A stretch of 62,645 nucleotides of DNA, filler included, from Rhabdomonas costata (taxonomy: Eukaryota): NCBI GenBank assembly GCA_019059605.1. It is 35 parts of 35 records of this genome, joined end to end, with 100 filler letters (N's around TTAATTAATTAA, not from the genome) between each part and the next. Parts side by side here need not be neighbours in the genome. Positions count along the whole stretch, not along the records: positions 35,866 to 37,567 come from JAHMHO010010576.1; positions 37,668 to 39,360 come from JAHMHO010010577.1; positions 39,461 to 41,153 come from JAHMHO010010578.1; positions 41,254 to 42,946 come from JAHMHO010010579.1; positions 43,047 to 44,734 come from JAHMHO010010580.1; positions 44,835 to 46,527 come from JAHMHO010010581.1; positions 46,628 to 48,319 come from JAHMHO010010582.1; positions 48,420 to 50,111 come from JAHMHO010010583.1; 27 more parts are not named here. One strand, written 5' to 3'. Shown one piece after another: positions 36,211 through 49,582 of the stretch. The first letter of the stretch is position 1, and every line of letters begins with the position of its first letter. The notes below the pieces were generated by a model. The model was given only the letters and a program-made list of their open reading frames with translations. It ran no database searches and was not told the DNA's origin. Made by a program: the position numbers and the translations under genes.

Positions 36211-39200
36211 CGGAAAGACGGAAAGAAAAGGGAAGGGAGAAGGAGAAAACTGGAAGACATACGCGTGTGCACACACATATGCACACGCAAGTGCCCAGCT
36301 GGAACGGACTGCCCGTCGTTGGTCTTCTTCGTCGGATACTTTTTGCGACTATGTGGCTTTGAGGACGGCTTCGTGGGAGCCGTTCTGATCTGAAATCGGG
36401 TGAATCAGGTTCTGCGGGCTTCGAAGTGTGTGCGAGGTGCGGTGGCGAACAGGTGAAACAAGCAGGGGGCGAGAAAGAGTTGGGGTAGAGAGGGAAAATA
36501 GAGGTGGGTAGTGCTGCTCGTTTTCCAGTGTGTCCAGACAGTGAGGTGGGGTGCACCCAGAGGAACGAATAGAGAATCCAAGGAGGCAAGGAGAAGGAGG
36601 CGGGAGACACAAAAATAATGCCTTCACACAAGTGCCCTGCACATTGGTAACCGAGTGGATACTTCCAGCCGACCACCTGGGTTCACGGCAAGCCAGGGAA
36701 CTGCACGGTCTGGCAAAGAAACCCTACGGAGAACGGGATGACGAGGATTCAATGATGACCCTCACTGAAGGTGGACACATGTGTGGGTGAATGGAACGAC
36801 ACACAGACAAAATAAAGTTGGGGGGAATGAAAAAAGACAAAATACGAGGGAACCGTGGGGAACCAATCATTACATTCAGCTCAGCAGGAGCACAAACCAC
36901 CCACACACACAGCGAGATATTGAGTTGCTGAAAGAAACCACATTCTCAGTTTTTTCGTGTGTGGGGGGGAGCAAAATAAGACTTGGGAGGGAAGAGAGGG
37001 AAGAAAAGTGCTACCCTGCTTCAGTCAATAAGCACATACTTGCCACTACAACCGCGCATGGAGAAAGAGAAGGCAAGCAGAAGTCAAATCACCCGTATAC
37101 AAGATGACATCGCCGAAAAAAAACTCGGAGTGTACGGAACGCGGCGGTGTCTGTTGGTCTTTTCCCCTCTGCGAAGAGTGAAGTGCCAATCCAAAGAAGA
37201 CCAGCAAACCAATTAACCCAAGAGGGAAAAGGGAAGCTCCCGAAATACAATCAGACCGCTAACGTTTGCTTACCGCTGCGGAGTCTGGGGGAGTAATTTA
37301 AACCTCCCACACACTTACCCAACAGCCGAGGGAAAGTTTAAACGGGAGCCGAGTGCGCCTCATCCATGAAGCTGCCCACGTTCTGCACTTCTGCATTCGA
37401 CTTGAACTGGGCCAGCCCGGAGCTCAGCCCGCCCACGCCGTGCTCGGCCTCCCCACACGCAGGGCCCGGCCCAAAGGTGAACGGCGAGGGAGGACCGCTG
37501 GTCACTGCGATCGCCCCTGACCCTCCTCCTCCTACAGCTCCGCCGCCACCGGCGCCGCAACCACCACNNNNNNNNNNNNNNNNNNNNNNNNNNNNNNNNN
37601 NNNNNNNNNNNTTAATTAATTAANNNNNNNNNNNNNNNNNNNNNNNNNNNNNNNNNNNNNNNNNNNNGGGTGGTGTGTTGGAAAAAGTCGAACATTGGCA
37701 AAGTATATAAAATGACGAAATACCAAAAGCATATACGAAACTCGTAACATACCATATATACGGTATGTATGGGATATAAGGTATTGTCCGCGTCACCTCA
37801 AAAAGACACAACTTACAAAAGTGTGCGGTGGTGAAAAGTCTGGTTTCCAGTGCATATCGGTTGTGCTTGCTGTTTCAAGCTGATTTCGACCTGCTACTGT
37901 CACCTCTAACCTTTGAGGTGACACGAGCCATGGTAACACCAGCTGAGCTCGGAGTCTTTGAGCCAGCGCGCCCGCGTCACCTCTTCCCTTTGAGATGACG
38001 CGGGACCATATGACCACAGTCTGCACAACTGTGGGGTACAATCAGAAGGATGACGCGAAATCAATAAACTACAGCACCCCATGTCACCTATACATTCAAG
38101 ATTCGGGGGACGGAGGCGACGCTCACAGCTCCACCGCTGCAAACACTTGACATTTTAACGCTGCCTGCCTAAATTTCACAAGGCGCACTTGTGCCAAAAC
38201 ACACACTCTCGCACCACGGAGGGAGGGCAGCTGCAGCACAACCACCGGGACAGGCAGGAGGGCTTCTTGGCTTCCTGAGGTGAGCCCTGAAAATGAAAAG
38301 GATACTCATGGCTGGTTAACACTGGTGGCACCTTTCCCCAACACGCCAAACACAAACTCTCTCTGCACAAGGCACGCGTTCGTTCGGAGTTTCCTTCAGG
38401 CACCCACGCGTCTGAAGTAATGCGCAGTGGAATCATCACGCAAACCTCAGCTAAACATAGCATAGCCGCGTTCACTCAGCAGGTCGTGTGATTGCTCATG
38501 GTATGCAAGCCGATATTTCCCCCCTGCATGTGTGCATCTTTCACCACTTCCCCTCCCCTTCTGTCTTTTGGTTCGCTGGCCACGGCTGATGCGCTGCACT
38601 CAGCCTCTTGGTTGCAAAAATGAAAAAGTTTGTGACCTTGGTTCCCACCTTCTCCCTGGACACCGGAAATAAATTTTCAGAAGGAAATCTACATTTGGCA
38701 AAGCCTCACCCCCAATTGAGAGAAGGCAAATATTACAGGTTTTGGAAAGAAACGAAACGGCGCTATTGCATTTGAGCCCCCCCTTTCAAGTGCATTTATG
38801 CCCCCCCACCCTTGATAGGGTGAGCTGTGAAGTTATCTTTTTTTGTCGCCTTTGCAGGGTGTTAGGAGGTGATGCATGTGTTCCCTGGGATTCTAGTATA
38901 GCGATTTGCAGGGGGTCAGGTGGCGATGCAGGGTTCCCGGTTCCCGGGACAAAACTCGAAATAAAAATAAAAAGGGGCTTGAAGTGGACAATAATTATGA
39001 ACCTCGGTGCTCCCTTTTCCGACTGGGCGATATATAGGCGAGGCACAGGTCCCGATGGGACATTCTGCCATCAAGGTTTCGGACTCCATATTCACTGTAT
39101 GGGGGGACTCGAGCAGAATTTGAGTGAAAAATGCCCTAAATAAGGCAAAACCAGGCAAAAACAGTCGAAAATATGGGGGAACATGACCTTGGGGTCATTG

Positions 39201-39530
39201 CGAGTGGAAGTTGACTATTTTCGAAACTCTCCTGAGATCCCGTCATGCCAAGGGGGAAACAGGAACGGGAGAGGTTTTGTATGTGAGAACTCGATTTTTG
39301 TCCATTTTTTCCACAGTGATGACCCCTTTTTAAATCGAGTTTTAACATATAAAATGTCAGNNNNNNNNNNNNNNNNNNNNNNNNNNNNNNNNNNNNNNNN
39401 NNNNTTAATTAATTAANNNNNNNNNNNNNNNNNNNNNNNNNNNNNNNNNNNNNNNNNNNNTTTTGTTGGGATACAGGTGGGACTCTGTTCGTTTTCTGCT
39501 CGTTTTCCCCATCTTGTCCGTTTTCCGCAG

Positions 39531-40435
39531 AGGTGACAAAGGCTGTTGAGCTCCTCAGCGATGAGGCCGTGCTGGAGCGGTTCATTGAGCTGTTCCGGAA
39601 CAAAGAGAAGCGCGAGGCTTTCGAGAAGGACCCCGCGAATGTGCAGAAACAGTGCGCGGAACCCAATCTCCCATCCCCCAACCCCTGCCCTCTCTGTTCT
39701 ACTACCTGCTTTCATCCCGATCGGCCAAGTGTCGGGATCCCTCCTATTCTGAAAGCAGTGGAAGTTGAAGTGTCGTCGCACTCCTGCAACGCGCAAGCTT
39801 TGAGACGGAAACGTGCCCGAAAAGCTGAACAGCATGCCCTGTCACACTGTGAATCGGCACTTGCAAAGTCCAAACGTCACGGCACGATCCTGTTTATCAA
39901 CTCACACAGCACCTTGTCACAGTGTGTTCCTGGTTTGGGTCTGTGGAGTCACAGACACACGCATTCCACCGACGGTGAGCTGTTACCCCACGGCACCGTT
40001 CGCTCCGAAGATATACCTCTCGCAAGCACCCCTCGGCGTACCCGTCAGTTGACAGCGGGTCACCAACACCCATCCACCGAGCGTGCGCCAGAACGCACAC
40101 GTTTCACCCCGACAAGGGAGAGCGAGAGGTAGTCATTGGCACCTGGAGCGATAGCAGCGAGAGCAGCGAGAGCAGCACTGCCATCGTCCCAATCCAAGGC
40201 AACCGACAAAGGGCGGAGGTGTCAGCTCCGCAACTTAAGTGCGCTGTACACGATCACACACACACACACATTGTCTGCTTTTTTATGTGCGTGTGGTAGG
40301 GAGGCAGAGCGGAAGCGGCGGCGAGACGCGGGGGAGGTTCTGTTGGACGAGACCTCGGTCTCCGCGCAGGCCACCAAGCACCAGAAGGTCGACGAGCTCG
40401 AGAAGAAGCTCTCCGAGCACCGCCAGCAGATGATG
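39531..40435 (+). CDS. Hypothetical charged coiled-coil protein, exons 39531-39651 and 40300-40435 (possibly the C-terminal end of a J-domain protein)
   Basis: A phase-2 GT-AG join gives EVTKAVELLSDEAVLERFIELFRNKEKREAFEKDPANVQKQ EAERKRRRDAGEVLLDE...KVDELEKKLSEHRQQMM. 'KAVELLSD' only weakly recalls J-domain helix III-IV. Confidence 0.55.
39962..40070 (+). repeat. Interspersed repeat family copy 3 (diverged), intronic
   Basis: CGGTGAGC...CCCCACGGCACCGTTCGCTCC...ACCTCTCGCAAGCACC...GTCAGT...GGTCACCAACA is shared with copies 1 and 2. Confidence 0.7.
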
Positions 40436-41969
40436 GTCGCTGTCACACGCGTCCGTCACCCTACTTAAACCGCTCCCCTCCCCTGCTGCCCTCACACCTC
40501 ACACCCCGCACGTAGCGCAGCAGAGCGGTCTCAGATCCGTGGTGACGTCCTGAATAGTATCTCAGGTCGAGCCAACAAGCTTTGGTGTATGTTGGTGCAC
40601 TTAGCAGCCGGCTGTGCTCGGAAGGTCTCCACGCGCATGTGCCTTCCACCCAACGTTGTGTCTACCTTGAATGGGCGCTGGCGAAGAGAATCTTGTCTAA
40701 ATCAAAATCTACCGCGAAATCGCAGGAAACACGTGAATTTCAAACCTGGTCCCATGCAAAATCTTCCCTCGGAATTCCACGGGACACGTGCTTCGCTTCC
40801 TAACCCCATGTGGCCTGAACAGTATCTCCAGTTGATACAATCCTGAAAACTCCCTCCGGTCGAGCGAGCTTGTTTGTGTGAAACGAGCCCAGCGAGAGGA
40901 AATTGCCTCTTTGCCTGACCTGATTTCGATCCGGACTGTTTTTTTATGTGGCACTCAAGGCACTCCTCTTGCAAGGGGGTCCAAGAGCACCACGAACACA
41001 GACACAGGGCACAGGACACAGGACACACAGGACCCGCAGGGTCTCAGAGTGTGTGTTGCCTAAACCGTTCAGAATTCATCCGAAGGCGAGTGCATGAGCA
41101 GATCTTATTCTGTTTGGATGCCGCACCACGCCTTCCCGGCAGCAGCCGACTTCNNNNNNNNNNNNNNNNNNNNNNNNNNNNNNNNNNNNNNNNNNNNTTA
41201 ATTAATTAANNNNNNNNNNNNNNNNNNNNNNNNNNNNNNNNNNNNNNNNNNNNCACGCGGTGGGCCACCAGCCGGGTGCCCAGGCGGGGCCGCTTCTCCA
41301 CGGTGGGTGGAACCGGGGCTGTGGGCGCAGCGGCCCAATCGGTGGGCCCGGATGCAGGGCTGGGCTGCAGGACCTTAGGGGCGGGCGGCTGTATGGTGGG
41401 AGGAGCGTCCCACTCTGCTTGTCGGTCTACTCTATCAGAAGGGAATAAATACCTGCCACCACCCCTTCGGGTTCACCCTGGAGGGTTGAGCTCAAGCTCG
41501 AGGATGTCACCGCGGGGCCGTCTGCGGGGACGAACCGCAGGTACTCCTACACCGGTCGCGTCAGCTTCAGGAGCGGTAGTTGTCCGGAGCGGTGGCGGCA
41601 CCGCGTCTGGGAGACAGGTGTCGTCCACGCCCCCGGTAGCGAACGGCCGCAGGTCCAGCACACTCCGGCTGCGCGTCTCCAGGTAGTACTCCGCCGCCTT
41701 GGCCACAATTCGTCGATCCCGTCCGGAGCTTGTATAAGCCGCGTCCAGGTTGTGGAGCCCAGCAGGCGGTGGCGATGGCGTTCTCCTCCGGCACCGTCAG
41801 GTGTTTGGTCCACCGGTTCGTGGGGTTGACCAGGGGGTGTAGCACGCGAAGAACGTTCGCCGCGTAGGGCTTCAGGTTCAGCTCCAGGCGTAGCGGAATG
41901 CGATTGGGGAAGTGGTAATCGCATCTGCACAAGCGAAGGTGGAGGGAAAATAACCTCAAACAGAGGTCC

Positions 41970-42551
41970 CATTAGCTTCACGGCAAAGCTCTTTCCTTCT
42001 CGGCAGTCGGTGGCGGCATGAACGCGGCCATAGGTTCTTGGTGGGAAGGGCAAAAAAGACCAGAAGCTCCACCTACAAAGACGTACCCAGGAGCAGCGAG
42101 GGGTGGGTGTAGCGCCCCGTGCTCCCCAAAGACCAAGGATGCGGACGCAGGGCAAGGACGCCACAGCTTGCCATCATCCCCGTCACTCCTCCCCTCCACA
42201 AGATCACCATGCGGGTAAAGTCTGAAAAGCCTCTGGAACCAATATTTTCGGCGTGTAATTCAATAGCAATACCAGAAGATCAATATTACAGATGTTGGAT
42301 GACATATTCTTATCTGGCGCGGATACTTGGGTGGGCCACCGTTCGCATCCCAATATGTAAAACATAAATATATGGCACATAAGGCAATTATGAACACATG
42401 ACGAACCACACTCACGATAAGACGACACTGAAAAAAGGATAGGAGAAGGTGAATTGTTCAGAGCTCAACCTTGGCCGAGCAGGCGTCCCTGGCTGGCGTA
42501 GTATTTGCTCCACGTGCAGTCGGTGTCCTCAGGTCGACGCTGAACTTCACA
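41970..42551 (-). CDS. Protein kinase N-lobe fragment (exons 42551-42470 and about 42037-41970)
   Basis: WSKYYASQGRLLGQG + TYGRVHAATDCREGKSFAVKLM gives the GxGxxGxV loop and the AVK lysine. The in-frame join needs one non-canonical border or a 1-nt deletion. Downstream kinase exons were not found. Confidence 0.65.
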
Positions 42552-45185
42552 CTGCGGAAGAAAAACACGGATCATCATCCGAATAATATCCCATGAAATG
42601 GGTGCATCGTTGCAGCACGGAATAGAGTGGCGGAAACTTCTTCTCTGGCAACGAAACCTCAATTCTTCTTCACGTGGACGTAACTACTAACTACAATTGA
42701 CTCCCAGTCGAATCAAATGCGAGAGAAAGAGAAGAGAAAGAGAAAGATGGAGGCTGAACTTCACCAGTGCCCACCACCTGACGCGATGGTGGAGGGCCCA
42801 CCCAACTGTCGCCATCAAGCATCAAAGGCTTGCATCCACCTACCTGAGCATGAGACGTTCTTGCAGCTGTGGAGATACTTCTTGGAAACTCTTGGATGGG
42901 ACCGGAAGGGCCTTCAGGCGTTTCAGGCGGCGCTTGGACCGAAGCGNNNNNNNNNNNNNNNNNNNNNNNNNNNNNNNNNNNNNNNNNNNNTTAATTAATT
43001 AANNNNNNNNNNNNNNNNNNNNNNNNNNNNNNNNNNNNNNNNNNNNAAGCAGCAGTCGACTGCTGCTGTGGCCACAGAGCTCTTCCGACGTGGCAAAGGC
43101 CGAGAAGAGGCTGCGCTCTGCCCTGAGCAGCTCTTCTTACGTATCTTTCACCAGCTGCTCTGCACCTCCTCTCACTTGCACAGCCAACCTGTGCGGGGAA
43201 CAGAAAACGAGCGGTAGCGGGGCAAATTTCCTGTGAATGTGACTTACCTCCTTGCGCGAACACCTCCCGCCATATGTGTTTTCATATGTGTTTTCTCTGA
43301 ATCTGGATCGCCTTGTATTCGTGTGCAGTCATGCCGTAGAATCTTCATCGCAATTTTACTTGTGTCCCAGCCCTCTGGTCAATTTTACTTTTTTCCCAGC
43401 CCTGAATCTCAGCGGAACATTGGTTGTTTTGGGTTGTTGTTCTTGTTTTCTGACCCCCTGTGAAACGCCAACCTAGCTTTACGGTCTGTGGCAACTGCGT
43501 ACCGAGTTCCGGAGTGAAAGGTGCCAATTGCTCTTTCCTTGCACTGTTGTGAGGGCATTCACGTGGTAATCTGGCCCTATATGGTTATTCAGGAGCGGTT
43601 GGCACCTCGCCCGCAAGCCATTGGAATATGGTCCGATTCCGACTTTCCCAAAAGTCATGGAGGTTCCTTCTTTTACCCCGCTGCCGCGTTTTCCGGGTTT
43701 TTCTAACCAGATTTGAAGATCGCAGCGTACGAAACTCAAATCGAATTAAAAGGGTTATCGAGCCCGTTTTCCCCAATCGAGTTCTCCTTCTTAATGTCGC
43801 ACCCTTGGTTTGTGGGAAATGGAGCTTAAAGTATGATTAGCAGGACTGCGTCTTCCGAGGAAGTACCAGACAACTAATGCTATTCACACCAGGTTTGGCA
43901 TGCATCGGATGGCTTCCCGATACGCCTACTCCGGACTCATTTCTCTGGGCTGCTGTGGCGAATTTTGTTCTAACAACCATTCGGGGTCGTTTTTGTGCTT
44001 GTTGCTACTTCTCTTTATTATTATTTTTGTCCTTTGAGGTGGTTCTTGTGTTGCTGGGCGGTCCTACAGGTGACAGTACTGGGCTGCTCAGTTGTACCGA
44101 AATTCCTGTGCAGCGAGAACCTTCAGCCTGGACTGTCCTTCCCGTGTACAGTCACAGAGCAACGCTCGCCCCCGCTCCGGGGCCGCAGCGTTCGTTCTTC
44201 TATTCAGGTGCGCTCTGGACTTGAGGGAAGGGGGTTCTGTCTGCCTTTCATGGTTACTCCGGTTTTCCGGCGGTTGGAGTTGGCGGGTGCTTTTTTCAGC
44301 AATGGGGATGGTGGTTTGCTCCTTCTTCTGTTTATATTTTCCAATTAGGGCGGGGGGCCGAGTACTTGCCGACGTTTCAGTCATCAGGCGCCTTTACAGT
44401 CTTCCTGGTATTTGCGTTTGTGCTACGCTTAAGAGTAATACCCTATCCCTGTCTCCCGTCCAGGTGGTGGATGGCATATGAGCATGGCAGAACCATGATC
44501 TGCTCATTTTGACCCACTTTTTGCCAGGTCTAAGTGAGAGTTCCATTTTTCGATTATCCTGGTCCCACTGTTTCAGGGGTTCATTGTTCAGCGCTCGCCA
44601 CTTTTTGACTTTCCAATTCCAGAGTTCCCGAAAAAAGCGTAATTCGTAAAAAAAAATATTTGTAAAAAAAATTCGTGTATGATTTTGGGGAAAAAAACGC
44701 AAAACCCTGATACGTGTTCTTGTTACCACCAAAANNNNNNNNNNNNNNNNNNNNNNNNNNNNNNNNNNNNNNNNNNNNTTAATTAATTAANNNNNNNNNN
44801 NNNNNNNNNNNNNNNNNNNNNNNNNNNNNNNNNNTGTAGGACCCGCTGCTGTCGGCGCGGTGCGCGGTGTGGTACATTCGGGGCCTTCAGGGCGGCGGGG
44901 TTTCGGCGTGTGTGAAGCACCTGATCTGCAATGACGTGGAGTTCCGAAGAATGCAGGTGGGCCTGCGTGCGCATATTGTGTTTCCGACTTTCCATTAGCG
45001 CCACACCTCGAACTGCAATGTATGCCCTAACCCAGTGATGCTGATTGAAAGGGAAATACCATTTTCACTGGTTTCACTTTGCATTGGTTGGTTTGGACTT
45101 CCTTGCCCTCCTGGAGAAAATGGCATTGTAACCCCTGACACTCCTTTCCGGTCCCTGCCCCATTGATTTTTCGCGACTATCAAAG

Positions 45186-46527
45186 GTCAGCGCAGAGGTC
45201 TCCGAGCGGGCCCTGCGGGAGCTCTACCTGGTTCCCTTCGAGGCCGCCGTGAAGGAGGCCGGGGTGTGGGCCGTGATGTCGGCCTACAACAAGCTGAACG
45301 GGGTGTACTGCAGCGAGAGCACCTGCTTGTTGTCGAAGATCCTGAAGGGGGAGCTGGGGTTCCAAGGCCTCGTGATGTCGGACTGGGGCGGCGCCTACAG
45401 CACCGTACCTCCGGCCCTGGGAGGGCTGGACCTGGAGATGCCCGGGCCTCCAACGCAGTGGGGAGACCACCTGCTTGAGGTTTGCTGGAAAAAGGAGCCA
45501 CTGAAATTGCCGCAGATATTTTGTTCCGTTTTGGCGTTTGGTGTTGAACAGGTGGGCCGCAGGATGGTTGTACGGGTGAAGTTGATGGCGCGGCTTGCTC
45601 ATTGTCATCTTCACTGTTTCCTTTGTGAAACGCTGCGTGCCATAGGCACTGCCATTTGACGGGATCAGAACCGGAAGTCGCCTCGGGGGCAACTAACCGG
45701 CCTTTCGTTCAGTTGGTCAAGTTAGAACCGTATTATTCTGTGTGGGTGTCTGTGTGGGGTGCTATATGAATGAAGCTAATTAACCAATCTGGATGGGCTT
45801 TGCCCCTCCCCAGCCCACCCTCCTGGGCATGTGCTTTGTTGCTTTCCTTTGTTGTGCATCGCAAGTGAGATCTAGATCTGCGCCCTAGACAACATCCCCG
45901 CCCAAACAAAGCCGTCCCAAACGTCCGCCCTTGACAAGATGGAAACAAAAAACAAACAAATTTCTGACCGCGTCATCGTCATTATGAAGACTCCAAAAAG
46001 TATCAATAGTTTTGATGAGGCGTGGGAGGAAATATTAGTCCCGTCCCCCGAAAAGAAGGCCTTGCAGATCCAGGAGGAATGCAATCCTTCAGAGGTGTAG
46101 TTTTTGTGGAAGGTGGTTATTGCGCTTTTCCATACCTTCAGGCCGTGCGAGCAGGTACAGTTCCGATGGCCTCCCTGGATGACAAAGTTCGCCGCCTGCT
46201 CCGCCTTCTTGCTCGTACCGGGGTCCTGGAACGAGGCACCTTGGAGCCTCCACCTGAGGCCCCCGCCCCCGAGGACCCTGCCACCCGAGAGCTCCTCCTG
46301 GACGCCGCCACTCAGAGCATTGTCCTCCTGAAGAACTCCGGTGGGGTGCTCCCCCTGCACCCTGAGAAGTTGACCAAAGTGGCGGTCATCGGGCCTGCGG
46401 CGAAGGTTGCGCTCGCTCAGGGTGGAGGCAGCGCCTCGGTCCGGCCCCCGTACGTGGTCACCCCGTTCGAAGGGATCTGCCGGTTCCTGGGCAAAGCCGC
46501 GGAGAACGTCCATGTGGCCCACCACCC
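45186..46527 (+). CDS. Glycoside hydrolase family 3 beta-glucosidase, exons 45186-45479 and 46142-contig end
   Basis: SERALRELYLVPFEAAV, VMSAYNKLNG, ILKGELGFQGLVMSDWG (catalytic nucleophile Asp), GLDLEMPGP, then SIVLLKN...LPL...KVAVIGP...GGGSASV.P.YVVTPFEGI. Phase-0 GT-AG join. Confidence 0.96.
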
Positions 46528-48493
46528 NNNNNNNNNNNNNNNNNNNNNNNNNNNNNNNNNNNNNNNNNNNNTTAATTAATTAANNNNNNNNNNNNNNNNN
46601 NNNNNNNNNNNNNNNNNNNNNNNNNNNCCAACAAAAAAACCGAGGAGCTGTCCAGGGGCTGAGAAAGGAGGTTCCCTATACCACACCTTGAGGTGGAGCA
46701 AGTCCACCAGGCTCTCTTCCGAGTGGTCGTTCCATACCACAGAGACAGTGAGAATCCCCACCTGAAACCATCCGTCCGAATCATGGCGCGGCGTTGACAC
46801 CGAGAAAACTGTTTTTAAAACGCGGTCTGGCGTTGGAGGAACCAATCGCGCTTCGCCATGCTTAGCAGCAAGTAAGTTGTCACAATGGGGGTGGCGCGTG
46901 CTCCTTCGCCGTGGCACGCCGCACATTCCCCGAAATTCGATAAAAATCCCGCTTTTCAGCTAAAGCAACAAAAGAAGATATACATCGCAAGGAGCTCCGA
47001 TGCGGGAACAAGAATGGTTTGCCACAAAATTCGGTAGGCAAAGGGCGGGAGCTCCGACCCAGCTCTATACAAAGTATCTGCCAGGTTTACGCGTGGAATA
47101 CTCCTTCCCCTCCATCTCCAGGGGCCCTCGCAGCATGCCTGCTCCTCTCGAACGGCTCTTTCGTCGGGGCCAACGGGAATCGCGCGGGCAGCAGCGTAGC
47201 ACAGACACTCCTCCTGTGGGATCAGCGACACGGAAGCGGTGGGTGCCGGAACAGCGGACGACAAACAACAAATAAACCCACAGTTCACTTTCGTCGTGTG
47301 TCCCGGGAATATATGCCCGGGGGAGCATATGTCCAAATGAAGATTTCAGCCTTCCCTTCACTCTTCTTTGAGCACCATGAAAGACAGAACCAGGGGAGCC
47401 GCGTGGGGCATCTTCTGAAGCAGGGGAAGAATGCCTCATCTCCAGCCTCGGAACTAAAGGCTGGTCATAAACTCATGGAATTGTTCTCATCAGTCTTCGG
47501 AGAATGCTCTCATCTCATGTAAGTGGAATAAATGGCAAAAAGCTGATTCAGAAAAACCACTATTTCTCGCCCCACCCGCAGCCGTAACCATCGGAGTTTG
47601 TTTCAATGCCCCCTGCAATAAACCCTACGTAGAGCAGAATACCTCAGAGCCCTTTGATAAGGAGAGCGTCTGCGAGGAAGATGCCTCATCACTCGGATGC
47701 AGCATTGCACTAACACGTTCTGGGAGGCTTTCCAATGAAAGACACAAATCCAGTCACCCCCAATAAGAGTGGAAGAAAATGTTGACCGAAAACACAACAA
47801 TCTTCTGCGAAGAGAAGTAAGCTGTTGCAGTTGGGGGTGAACATGAAGGCAAGTGTTAACCATGATAACTTTGGTGATTGATGATAACAGGGACGCGCAC
47901 TTCTCCTGAAAGGGAATCAAGGTCCCCCAGAGCGACGCAGTTGAAAATCAAGCAGCTTGAACTGCGGTGGGAGCACCCTGCTTGAGCCCTCCTTGCCGCC
48001 AATATCGCGGAAATCAAATCAGTACATTGTGTGGAGCCACCTGTAATCGTTGTTACCCCACCCCCCAAACCCCCTTCAGTGCCATTGCACAAATTCCGAA
48101 AACTTTTCCCAAACGTCAACTCCAAGGCGATGAAGGCCAATAAAAAAACTCTCGTGGAAACAAAGCCACGCTGATCTACACGCCGTTGAATCCAATGTTA
48201 AAATCCGTCACTATGGATATGGATTTCACTCTTCATCTCCAAATTCCAAAATGACAGCCACGCAACAGTCGACACTCAGACTTCCTCGTCTGAATACCAG
48301 ACGTTGCCCCACCCCACAANNNNNNNNNNNNNNNNNNNNNNNNNNNNNNNNNNNNNNNNNNNNTTAATTAATTAANNNNNNNNNNNNNNNNNNNNNNNNN
48401 NNNNNNNNNNNNNNNNNNNTGGTTTGTTGTCATCCCATTTGGTACCCTTCGGTGTGTTTACCCTCTCTGGACAACAAAGAGTACCCAGAGAAG

Positions 48494-49582
48494 ATGCCGA
48501 GCATCCGCCTGAAGTTCATCATGAGCGGCGCGGGCACCAGCCGCCACCCCGGGGCCACTGTGGAGTTCACCGTGGACGACTCTCTCACCGGTAGCCAGCT
48601 GAGGGACCACATCCGCTCTCAATGGCCCGAAGGTGAACCCTCCAGCCTGCCTCCCACCCAACCACGGGCAATGAGAGCGCAGAGAGTGATGGGGCACCTG
48701 TTGAAGAAGGCGCCATCGCCGTGTCTGGGCCCGTAAACCCGATCCACACCTAGCTATGAGAGAAAGTGGGCGAAAAGTGTTATAAAGATGCTACGATACC
48801 CAGAAAAAGGACCGAGATGCCCTGTCCAAAACGTGTTGTTTCCACGTGCCTCTGGTGCCGTGTTTAGATGGAAGAAACTGGACGGCTTTTCATTTCTGTT
48901 GGTGTGAATCTATCACCTAAAAAGGCAAACGTGGCTGAGGGAAGCAAGCGAGCTTCTTTCCCGGTGGAGATGCGAAGCGCATATGAAAGTTGATAGATCG
49001 AGGCCAGTACATCCGGCATCCTTCACTCGCAATCCTTCGCGCACACATACAGACACCCCCCCCGCGGTTACCATGCACAGTTCAGCCCATTCGCTTTTTG
49101 TTGTGCACCCCCGGGGCTCACAGCCTACGCGGACGTGCAGATCGACCGGAAGAAGATCAACATCATCCACTCTGCGCAGGTCCTGGAGGACGGCCGCATG
49201 CTGAGGGACTACGGGCTGGGCAACCAGGACCCCCCGGTGACTCTCCACCTTATGCTGCAGCCCCTAGCTGTGGAAGGTACCCTCTCTTCCTTTGAGGGGG
49301 ACCCTGACTTCTCCTGGCCACGGGGGGTTTGCTGTGGTGAACAGTGCCATCATTGCCGCCAATGTTATCCTGTAAGGGGACCTCTGATTTACAGGGGGTG
49401 GATTGCAGTTCAAGGTTGCTGGCGATGATCCATCGCAACTGACAATAGTCGCTGGTTGCACTGGTAATTGTGCTCGCCACCGTCCTGAACTGCTCTCTCT
49501 GTCTCAAAATCCAGACCAGACCACTCGACAGGAGGATGACAACAGACCCCCAAGCAAAGAAAACAATCCCCAGGACTGCTGA
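48494..49582 (+). CDS. UBL3 / membrane-anchored ubiquitin-fold (MUB)-like protein, exons 48494-48632, 49124-49276 and probably 49515-49582
   Basis: MPSIRLKFIMSG...VEFTVDDSLTGSQLRDHIRSQWPE|AYADVQIDRKKINIIHSAQVLEDGRMLRDYGL...VTLHLMLQP shows a ubiquitin fold with the MUB/UBL3-typical 'WP' and 'MHL'-like strand. Phase-1 GT-AG joins. Confidence 0.8.

Noticed and set aside
36035-36393. ORFs with poly-Q/N/T/V/L/C tracts
   Set aside because: All six frames arise from one (CAA)16 microsatellite; there is no exon signal.
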